A stretch of DNA of 64,000 nucleotides from Fimbriosthenelais zetlandica (Eukaryota). Made by a program: the position numbers and the translations under genes. Of the stretch, positions 23,801 through 35,800 are shown one piece after another. Numbering within the stretch: the stretch's first letter is position 1; every line of letters starts with the position of its first letter. The notes beneath the pieces are model-generated. The model saw only the letters and a list, made by a program, of their open reading frames with translations, had not been told where the DNA came from and ran no database searches. The DNA lies in contig OZ365109.1 in the NCBI GenBank assembly GCA_977030845.1, positions 22,196,001 through 22,260,000 on the forward strand, written 5' to 3'.

Positions 23801-26800
23801 TCCCTATTCGTTTTCTTTATAAAGATTTATAATGAATCTGAAGGTCTGCCAACTTTCGGTGATACTCTGGTGTACCAAAAGAATTGAATAAAAGAAAGAA
23901 AATAAAAAAATGCTCGGAAATTTATTCAGAGAGCATTCATATTGCCCTACCTCCTCTGGTGAGAATGCATTTGGGTAGACAGTCTCAACGTCTACTTTGG
24001 GATATACTTCGACTACAGGTTCCTCTTCAGCAACTGCAGCAGCAAAGGTTGACAGGGTTGTTTGTAGTATGTTGGACTTCTTGGTCATCTTTTGCCAAAG
24101 TTTTGGTTGGGAAACCGCCTGAGGTCTCGCTGGGATATCCTTCAATATCTAAAATCATAGGATTTGTTCAAGAGTTAAGTCCTGACCAAACAATGAAACC
24201 AGCAATGAAACCAGCTTGCAATTTATATTTTTAGAAGAAATTTCAGATTATCGATCAACAATCTTGTTCATTTATGTGGACCAATCATCTGATCTTAACC
24301 CTACAAAGCACAACATTCATCTAGATATACCTTTTTAGGTGATTTTACTTGTACCTCCAGATCCTTAGGAAAGCATGTTGAAAAAACATCAAGCAAAATA
24401 TTGATAATAAAGTCAGTTCAACTATACAATGAACTTTATAATATTCATCATTTCGAGTTTGACCAACTTCTACCAACTCAACTATTCCCCAGGGGACTTC
24501 CTGCTAAAGAGAAAATTAATTTAAATAGAAAACAGCAGAAATTCTTTAAATAAACTTTTTTTAATAGAAGACGAATTACCTTGAGTTTTTGCTTGTACTG
24601 GAAGGCTAGTGACCTTTCAGGCACCAGTTCCGCATCCTTGGCTTCAGCAGGAGTACCATAGTGTAAGGTGGTGAGCGTCTTGGCCAGCATCCGGTAACAG
24701 GTGGTCTTACCTGAGCCTGCAGGTCCTACCATCACTACTGACTGTTTCGACTGGATGGCCGTGTACAGTTGCATTATCTACAAACACAAAATAATATAAA
24801 AGTGAAAATTTTACTGTTCAGGTAAATTTCATGTGACAACGATCTCACTGGAAGACGCCCTAGAACATACATGCTAATGAGAGCGCCTCGCCGAGTTACA
24901 TTTCCTGTTTTAAGTCGGGCACCCATTATCACGATAGACCACTATTGCAGTTTAGAGTCTGATAAGTTCACTTGGTGGTCATAACAGCGGAAATTACACT
25001 TTAATACATAATAAATATTGAGAGAGAAATTGAACAAATAACAAGGATAAACAGAGATGATGGCACTTACTGTATCCACCATGAATTTATTAGCCTGAAG
25101 CCGGTCCTGTTCAAGCTGATCCTCCACCGCCTTAATCAGCTCCTTGCTTGGTCCCAGTAGAGTGGTTTTGTTACTTAGTGACTGAGGGAAAACATCGTGT
25201 AAGATACTGGTCATTTTGTCGTGGTCCTCTTGGTTCTCTGTTTTGGCGTAAAGCACAACCTCAATGGCTTGGATCAGCGATACTTCATCAGCATCACCCT
25301 CAAAGCTGGGGCCCACTGCAGCTGAAAGATGAAATATTTTAACAACAATTAAAATACTTGTCAAATATATTTCTCTATCCTTCCTATATATACTTGTATA
25401 TAAAAGTTCTTACATCGTTTCTTCCGCCTTTTCATCTCGTGTAGCATGAGTTCCTGGTAGTTCTGGTAGGCTACATTGAGTACATTTGTGACACATTTCA
25501 GCCCAAACTCGTACTGCGGTCGCTTTGGCAACTGAAAGAAATCAATATTTTTATTAACATATTATATCTCAAGACCGGAGGCATACCTGCATACCCGTAT
25601 CGTTGATAAAAACTGTTACAAATCATACCAGTCGATCATAAGTTTACACTCAGAGGTGCATGGAAAAAATATGGAATTTTGTTTTCAAAGTAAATACCTG
25701 GGCACGGAGTAAAGTAAAGAGAGTGTTGAGTTTGTCCGTGAGATGTTTGTAGTTGGGGAAGCCATTGCTGTAGAGGAACACCTCAATGACTACCTTCATA
25801 TCAGGCTTCACCATAGCGCAGGGTCTCATGAGAAGCTGAAACAAAAGAAAGTGGTATTTATTGCTTCACATGTTCCCTATTAATAGTATTATTAACCATA
25901 TTACGGGGTTTACCAAATCAAAAAGTGACTGAGCAGTCTGGACAATCAGGAATCTGGGAAACCACTTTTCAGCTTTGATCAATGAACATCCTGTGGGGTT
26001 CGGCAGTAATGGTTATTCTAAAGCACAATACAAATCATCACATACTCTCAGATTTTCTGGTATTTTCCAGGCTCCAGCATTGGCCGAGTTGATAGTCATG
26101 AAGCAACCATAGTTGGCATTAGCTTTCACCAAGTGTCCATTGAGAAGGATATTTCCGAGGAACTCTGGCTTGTAGGGAGCATAGTTCAGGACGAGATGAG
26201 AAAAGTTGGTCTTCTTCTTTCTGTGCAGCGTCACATATTCTGCAATGAAGGAAATGTTTGTGAAAGAACTACATTTTCCAGCAGCAATACATTCTTATAC
26301 ATTTTTGTCCAGAAAGACCTACGAGGAAACAAATGCAGAATGAACTGAAGACATACGCAACGTCACTCATGAATGTATTATCTTGGTAGATTTTAGGTGC
26401 ATAGGAATGGCAGTGCTTTAATGTGCCAAAAATAAAATGTTAAGAATATTTTGATTTTCGTGTGGGCTAAAAATGCACATTGATAATCATATTTCAAACG
26501 TGAATTCTATGGTGAATATACTGCAGATATAGTAAAATAAATATATAGACGTAGTGTCTAATTTAGGTCTACATTTCTTCTAAATGTTAGTAAAACCTTT
26601 CTATGCTAAACATGCAAGATTGTTAACAAACCCAGGGAATGAATTTCCTTAAAGTTCTGTGCTGTCGTAAAAAATAATCATGCTAATTAAGAATACACAG
26701 TACATTTGTATACTTACGATCTGAAGACATCAAAAAAGCAATAAGCATAGAAATTAGGTCAGCGATATTGACAAAAAGTGGGATGATTGAAATGACTTTC

Positions 26801-29800
26801 ATCCTCAACAAAGATAGCAAAATTAAAATGTCTGCAAAATGTGTGAAAATTCCAAGTATGTAAGTACAGTACACTTATGGTTTCGTTTCATAATAAATAC
26901 ATACAACATGTTACTATTTCTATAGATTATGAAATGGGATTTGGATACACAATAAACACGATAAAGCAATAAACATTGGTTGGGACCACTAAGCCATTCA
27001 AGTCTTCTAATAATCAGTCTTTAGTCAGCAAAATTCTCTGGCGTAAATTATACAGAAATTCAGCAAATGAAGCCATTCACAACTATTCAATTAGGGGACA
27101 GAGTACCGTCACAAGCAAAAGAAATGAAGTAGCATCTGGGATGAAGAATCATATTTACCATAGAATAGTGGAGGTGGTCTGTTGTTTTTATAGATCTCTG
27201 AATCTCGAACATTGATTTCTTTGACAACTGAATGCCTTCGCTCCTTCTCAGCTACCCAGGTGTCTTCAAAGTAGGTGATCAAACCATCCTCCTGCAGGTT
27301 AGATTTCAAACAGATAAATGTATATAACTGGCATTTGTTACTTGGGTATAAAATGTTATTCTACAGGCGATTACAAAAGCCTAGAAAGTCATTCCTCGAA
27401 ACAAAATTTTATCAGTTAAGGTTAGTTAGAAGGGGAAATCTCACATTGAATCCGTGAGGTACTGTAGACTGCCTTTCCAAGTTCCCTATGTTGAAATCAG
27501 TTGCTGGCAGAGAGTGGAGAGTTGTGAGGGAATTCCTTCTTATCCTTGTTGAATCATCTTTGGTACCACGAGCAAGCTTCTGTTTTATAAAGGATTGCAA
27601 TATTTGCTAAAGTTATTGCAATGAAAACGACATTACTCGCAACTTGCCAATAATAGACCGATATGCAATCAAAGTAGTTAACAAAGAGTAATTGCATAAA
27701 ATCTGACCTGATGCTATTTCAATTATTTTCGGGAAATTGACATACATGTAATTCATAAGTTACTTAACAAATCTAGGTATTCCACTTGAAAGTAGCCTCT
27801 TATACTGTACAAGTAGTATGAAGTTTGTACAGTGAACTGAATCTCGTTTTAAGAACACACCTATAATTTAGTCCCAAAAGTAGCAGCAGACTTTTTATTT
27901 ATTTTTTGTTTTGAATAAAATATTACTGTTCTGCTATATTTCTTCCGTTATAACATACGGAAGCGTGGTATTCTTCACACTTATTTAACTTGCAGAAGGA
28001 TGCGGGCAATTTGCAGCTGTCTCCTTAAATTTAGATGAAATATACAGCCTTGTGCTCACCTTGTAAAATTTAAAGTTGTTGGGTACAAAATCAGGCTTTA
28101 AATGAGAGGCATAAAGGCTTAGATACCTCAAGAGTTACATATATATGGGAAATCATATTAACAGTAATAACACAGATGTATTGTTAGAATCTTGAAAAAT
28201 AAAGGGAAGAGAGAAAATATTGTACTTGATTTTTCACTAACGTATCTAGAGGGTATTTCTGTAGCAAGACCCATCTTTACCCTTTTGTGATTTTTTCTGA
28301 TCTATACAGTACTTGATTTCCACCAAACTATTGGGAGATGGAGGGGATAAAGTAACTTTCTATTCTATTTACCTTGTCAACAGTTGGTTGCCCACGAATG
28401 CCATACTGATTGCCACTTGAAGCATCAAGAACTTTGAGTGCACTACAGACATAATCCAACTGCTGGGCGAAGACAGACATGAGACCTGGGAGAAAATTTA
28501 CATGAAATTAATCAATAATTAAACAAGATAAATGGACATTATACCTAAATTTATTTCACAAAATGAATCTGCAATGGACGGGCAAACTAATTAAGAGACT
28601 GAGAGAGACAAATCCTACCTTGTGGCATGCGGTCACAATGGTCCAACAGCATCCAACAGCCTGATTGTACAGCACCGCTCAGAAGGCGATTCATGGTGGA
28701 AATGTTGAGAGATTCACTGATATTCAGTTCCACAAGATGTCTCCCCAATGCCTGGAAACGATAGACAATTTCTGATGAGTTTCACACTCGACCAAGCTTT
28801 TCATTCAAGTTTTTATTCATGAACAGTGACATTGAAAATCATTTTTTGCTAATCTTTACTTGAAATTAACAAATACATGTAATATATTCCCAAAACTTAA
28901 CTCACCTTGGAAAGATCCCTGATGGTTTCAGACTTGCCAGTGCTCGGTGGACCAGTCAAGGTTCCACACTGGTAAGCATTGAGGGCCATGGTGAGACTGA
29001 GATAGGCTCTCTCAGTGAGAGGTGTGAAGGCAAGGCGAGGTGTGGGTCCGAGGTACTCACAGTCATAGGCAAAGGTGGCTCCCATCTGGGAGACAACACA
29101 CTTACCAAACTGATAACCCTGCTGGACCATGGACATGCTTCGACTGATACCCAGGTCATCTGTGGAGAAAACAGGACATTCATTTTCAAAATCCTTCTAC
29201 GCCGGTTTTGCCCAAGGTGCGGTTCTTTCGATTTGCCTTCTTTAAAAATGCCTTGGATATTCAAGTGGGGCGATTGTGGTTTGCAACTCCAACAAACCCG
29301 CTTCTGGATGCGCCAGTGTTTAAGAAATAATATTTAAAGCAAGGTTCAGATAAATATCAGGAAAGCTACTGGTATTTTACTGGGACTGGTATTCATCTAT
29401 ATTCCTATGCATTCATGAATATCCATGAATTTTTGACACTGTATTTGACAGCCTCAACGTGTCCCGTGATCCTATACAGGTAACGGCTACTAAAGGGTCA
29501 CTTGACCAGTCAGTGATTTTTACCTCTGGTTCTGAACTCAGACGGTCGGCGACTGGCCGCAGTGGCAGGTTTGGTTATCTCCCTGTCCTCATCTAGATCC
29601 ACCTCACTCTTAGCCCGCAGTACAGTATTAATCTCCATCTGGTACTTGAGTACTCTCACCCAGTCATAACCAGCGTCCGACAGAGTGTCATTCAGCAGCA
29701 GATCTATAAATTAAAACCATCAATACTAAGGGGGCAAAAACGAAGCAAACATTTCTGATAGCAGTAGAAGTATATAGTAATGTGGGCCATAAAACCTTGC

Positions 29801-32800
29801 ATACATATTAGAATGTAGTACTAGTAGTACAGAAATATTGATAGAAAGTGGTATAGCAAATTGGGAAGAAACCAGGCAAATATTTCTGGGATATTAGAAA
29901 AGAGATACTAAAGAAGAAAATAGGCCAACATTTGAGATAGTAGTTTAAGAAAGTGGTCCATAAAATCAGTAGGGGCAGAAACAAAGAAAAGTAGTTTAGT
30001 TCACCCCCATCCCTGGCGTTTTGTTATAAAGGGGCAGAAACGAAGCAAACGTCATTTATTACATAGTAGTACTATAACTTTTAGCAAAATTCAAGGTAGT
30101 AGTATAAGAAAACTTGAGGCAAACAGATTTACAGAAAGTAGTACAGCAAATGGGGGAAGAAACGAGGCAAACATGCAGGAGATAATAGTATAGGAAAGTG
30201 GGGCAGAAACGAGGAAAACTTTTATGACAATGTGTCCATTAAACCAGGCATGAATTGACTAGAAAGTAGTATAGAAAATCGGCGCAAAAACCGGGCAATT
30301 ATAAATTATGAGCAAGTAGTATATGAAAGTTGAGCATAAACCAGGCAATCATTTGAGATAGTAGTATACGAAAATTGGCCATAAAACCAAGCATACATTG
30401 ATTAGTACGTAGTATGATACTAACAACTTAACTAACAGAATCCAGTGGAAAAAATGAGATAGTAATACCAACTTGTATATGGAATTATACAAATAAATTA
30501 TTGGTAGTAGTGTAAGGACTCACGGTCAATGACATCTCTATGGTGGAGACCTTGGTTGATGAGACATGTGAGGAGACAGTGGAGTCTCTGGCGGGTGTCA
30601 GACGTACTATTCTTATAGGAATTCTCCTGTAGAACCTTTACATACTGGTCCAAACGCGAAGTCAAGTTAGTCCTGCAATATAGATTTAAACAGGAGTCAA
30701 TATCAGTAGATTCTTTACTTGACCTCAGATAGAAAGTATTAGTTGCCAAAAAAGTACTACATTACTTTACCAGGAAAAGAAAAAGATTTTTTATTTTCAC
30801 AAATTATCAATATGCGTATGAAGTATGAAGCCTACAGAAAATACTTTGTTTTCTCCTGAGGTAGCAGGCTTTTGCCTGAAGATTCCTATGTCTGTTTAAC
30901 TTGTGAAAATCCCACATAAAGATTTTGTTCAGAGGATCGAGGTGGTCCAACTAACCTTATTCTCTTCAGCTCCTCGGCATCTTGTTTCTCCAGGGCCCTG
31001 AAGACAGTTCGCTCCCACATGATGGCTTCAGCATTGAGCACACACTGACTGGGGAACCGCAGTAACCAGTGGTTGTACGTCTGGCGGATCTGTTGCAGCA
31101 TCTCTTCCGTGCTTTGGGACGTTTCGGGGGCCAAGGTCTCTATCTTCTCTAGTTCCTCCAGTATCTGATTAGGTTGTCCCCATACTTCAGACAAGAGAAA
31201 ATAATTTTTGCTAAAACCTTCATCTCATATTATGGGTAATGGTGTTAAATGCTCTGGGACGTAAGACGTTTGTCATGATGGAAGAAACTCGCCAGGATAT
31301 AAAACCACGAAGTAAGACCCTCGCCATAATCTAAGACCCTCGCCAGATAATAAGATAATAAGATCCTCGTCAGATTGTCAATCCATCGCCAGTATGAAGG
31401 ACTTTCTGGGCCAGGCTCACCATAATCATTGTCAGACCCTCACCAAATTGAATTTGAGAACATGGCGAGAGTGTGGAATGCTTTGTGAAAGTAAATTTAG
31501 TGATGCTTGAAGTGACACAGGTCTGTACACAGCCCCTTACAGACAGCAAAAGTCTTATCCTGCCACAATTTTATTCAACGGGGCAATGGAGATGCAAATA
31601 TAAGCCAATGCAACGATTTATCGCTAACCATCGCTAACCATTTTATGAAGTAGGCCAAATCATATATGTCCAAATGTATGCATGTTCTTACCCTCCTCTA
31701 GGCGTGCCTGGACACAAGCCTCCATGATGGTGTTGACGGTAGTTTTCATATACAGCTCCAGGGTGGCCATCCAGTGGGCAGCATCTGAGGACGCCTCCAG
31801 CCGGTCAAACAATGGTAGCTTCTCTCCCAGGTCACCATGAAGGGTGGTTACCTCCAGCTTGTGAGCTGAATTCAACCATAAATTCCTAGTGAGTGTTCAG
31901 AAGCGGAACTGACAGGTTTCTGCCTAAATAATAAACTTTTTCCTACACAGATTGCATCGGTCAAATTCAAATTCGATGAAGCAAAACACTCATGGGTGAA
32001 AAATTATGGGAATGAAGATTACAATGCAATTATTTCATATATAATATTCTTCATTTCAGAGCGCTGGTGCCCAATGGATAATGCAGCATTGAAGCTAGGT
32101 ACCACATTGACTTCTCAGATTCTACTAGGGGTACTATAGAGACAAAATTCAAAAATCATAAAATTTCAAAATATCAGCTGGATAAAATATTATCATTTCA
32201 AATCTATCAAAGCAATTTTTCCCTACCATTCAGTTCATAGTCGAGAGTTGTGTTGAGGGCTTGTTCCTGGTTAGGCAGGGCAAATGTGAGGGACTGGATG
32301 CCGGTGAAACATTTCTGGACGAAGGGCATGAGAGCTCGTGGATTACGGCTGATAGAGAGCAGCTCAGCCATCTCTGAGTTACTCAGGAAGTAGAGTCTGG
32401 TGAACTGCTTCCTGGCGTTATCAATAATGTTATCCAGCTTCTTCAATATCGCCTCCTGCCGTTATTAGATCACCAACATAGAGAGATGTACAATGTTAGA
32501 ACACCACGAATGAACATCCGATTAATTACGTGAATGAACACATGTAACCAGAAAACAGAATCAAAATTATATTGCCTGTTTTTACTCAAAACAATTGGGT
32601 TCAAGTTTCCTGTGAAGACCAGAAATTTTTATTGGAAAATGTGAATCATTCTCATATTTCAAAAGGTGGGTTAGGCCTACATTATGTATTGTCATTAGGT
32701 ATTATATAGCAGATATAGTTGCGCCTCAAAATGGTTAAATGTTAATACAGCAGGAAGGGCAAAACGTGTTCACCTCAGTTTTCACCAGGTCAAAGAGCAT

Positions 32801-35800
32801 CTTGCGGAGTCGTTCGCCTTGTAATAAACGGTAGCCCTTCTCACCGCGTTGTTTGGTCATGATTGAAGTGAATTTGGGATCCAACACGATCAATTGCATG
32901 AATTCCTGTACCAAATAAAATATTTGGAACCTTTCAAGAAATGTTAAGTATTGTCAAATATATGCAGCCTCAAGGCATAGATCTACTGTGGTAAAAATAT
33001 TAAGGAATTTTAAAGTAAATCAATATCCAGATCCTTAAAGACCTGTTGTTAGTCTTCTCATAGAAAAGATTTCCAAGAGAAAGTGTGACAATCTCACCGT
33101 GAATTTGGTGTGAACATCCTCGAAATTCTTGTACTGGAACTCAAGTTTACGATACAAGTCTGGATCGTCAAATATCTTGAGGAGATAGAGCCATTTGGTC
33201 TGGGCTTCCTGCCACAGGTCTATCACCTCCTCGGCTTCCTGGAGGGACTCGGCCCACTGCTGGGCCTCTAGTTTATGTTCCACCAGGTAGGGTGAAGACA
33301 ACATCATCTGTAAGGCGACTTGACTGTCCTGAAAGAAATCAAAAGTTGGTATCAATTGTTATGATTAAAAGTATAAAAGTAGGCAGACTAATCTGTCGAA
33401 TCCTGAAATAGATTTTGAATATTTAGCAATAATTCAACTTAACTTAAAATACATTTGAAAATCTCTTAAAAGTGCATTGATAGAATCAAAGAATCAGATA
33501 ATTTTAGAATTATTGCTTACCTCAAGGAGGTACTTCAGCTCCTCTACTTCAATTAGGACATAAAGTTCTTCCTTCTTTATCCCGAGCCCACGACCTGAGT
33601 TGAAAGTTTTCTCGTTCTTCGGTCCTTTCTTCTTTTTGTCTAAACTTCTCACGACAGAACTTTCCTCTAGAAATGGGGAAAGGAATATAAAATGATTCTT
33701 TTGTCATAGATAGATAGGTAATGATCATATGATAACAAAACAAAAGCAAAATTTGTGCATAATTTACATCTAGATCAAAGATATAATTATTTATAAATAG
33801 GCTTTCGCTTAGAGGTATCATAAACAGCAGCAAAATTGGACAATCTGATAAAACAGTGAATTTGCACATCACTTGACCTGGACCCAAGCTTTGTTTTGGT
33901 GCAGGTGCTTAGGTGAAGCTCTTTAACTTGTAAACTGACTAGCAAAGTTTCTGGGTCAAGTTTTGCAAATGGACTATTGTGTCGAGGGCTTCAATAAATC
34001 AATGTTTAAATATGAGAATTAGAAAATAATTGTCAATATTGAGGCTAAAATAGCCATACCTCTGTAGACGCTGTCAGGGATGTGTTTGGCCACTTTGAAC
34101 TCCTTCTCCTGCCATGTCCTTTGTAGCTTGACCAGCTGTTGTTCCACAGAGAACTCTGAGAGGGCAGCCTGGTGGACTGACTTGATCATGGAGGCGTGAA
34201 TTCCCAGGTTATAGGCCAGCAGTTCATCCACCATGAACTGGTGTTTAGGATCAAATTGCTCGCCCATGTTGGTGAAGATAACCTTCCAGTGTCGAGTCTG
34301 AAGCATTTACAACAGATTTTGCGAAATTCTTTCCTGAACTGACAGACAGAATGTCTGTTGGTAAAGGATCTCCCGATAGACATTCTGAACCAGGACGGAC
34401 AGATGTCTGTCTGCCAATGTAAACTAACGTGACAGCCAGACAGACATTTTGACCGTCAGTTTGGTTGCTACGAAAGTTCATTTCTAAGAATTTTATATAT
34501 ATTTCTTACAGAACATTACAGGTAAATGAAGGAATCAGTTGCCTCAAATTCCTCAAATTCGATATATCGAACCTGGAACTGAGATCTTCAGTAACAGACT
34601 TACCTTTAAAGCCACACTTGAGAGTTTGTGGAGTATTGGTAATTCTTGTTTGAATTCATTGAGGTGCCTGTACCAGTTAGTGAGAACGGTATCTCCACGT
34701 GGCATGTAGTCTTTCAGCTGTCCTCCAGCAGCCAACCACTCTGTCACTTTATCCAAGGCCTTTCTTACATTGAACTGTAAGAAATTTAGAGTATTTAGTT
34801 TATACAGATTTGTTTGAATGGAATGGGTATTACTCAACCTAATGTAATCCCCAATTTCTGATTCGTTTGATAACGTAGATCAGACTATCAACGCCATTAG
34901 GTCTACATGTGCATTAATATGACTCTTTTGTTTCAAGTATTTCCACTAAAATTTCCGTTACTCTGTTTCAAAGGAAAATAACTCCTTACCTTCTTGAACC
35001 ATTGGTTTTTCCAGTCTCGGATGCTGTGTGTTGACACCTCCACATATTTCCATAGTTCCATGCGGAGGTTCATGTCCAATGACATCTGCCGGAGGAAGTC
35101 AAGGTTATAGGGTTCACCTGTGATGGCCTCCTTCCATTTGCTGGCTTGTTGCATTTGATTTCTTGTGTCATAGAACTTTTCTTGAAGCTGAAAAAGAGAA
35201 AGCAATAATCCGTACTTGAATAAGGAGGTAGCCTCTAAAATAGAATGTACCCAAGGAACTTAAATACACAAACTGTATATATTATGGACTATAATTTTTC
35301 GCATTATTCCAAGAAATAAATATTATTTATAGGGGCATGGCAATCAAGAAATACTTTATTAGAAATAGTCATTAATTAATTTTGGAGTAATTACCTTAGC
35401 TAATTCCTTAAGTATATGAGATGGGTTCTGGTTGGGATCGAGGAACTTGCCGGAAGTTGCAGTCTTGGCAAGTAGTCGGGATTCTTCTTCCAGACGCTGA
35501 AATTTTCATTGGAATGTCAAATTTAATTCATCTGGCTCAAAACTAAAGTCTCATAATTATATGTAAAGTAATAGGCATATAATTATATTGGAAATATTCG
35601 AGTCTACAAGGAGCCGTATCCTTAAACCGTATACATGGACAACAGAAATATATTCATTTAAAGCGGGTAATAAAAGGTAAAAGCATTGAAGACATCAAAA
35701 CAGACATCATGAACAGCTCAAAATATCATTACAATTATACTGCCGACGAATCACCATTTTACAGCTTGAAACCAAATCGTTCATGCCATGCAGTTTACAA

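Larger units (their letters stand above)
21958..24777 (-). other. AAA2 module
   Basis: VMVGPAGSGKTT (Walker A); LFGSFEGGKWVPGLL; KWVVLDGKVNPTWVDTM; LIFEVEDLSNASPS. Confidence 0.9.

Noticed and set aside
24704-24716. Cryptic donor CAG|GTAAGA in the AAA2 exon
   Set aside because: A routine by-product of GGT-AAG (Gly-Lys) P-loop codons.
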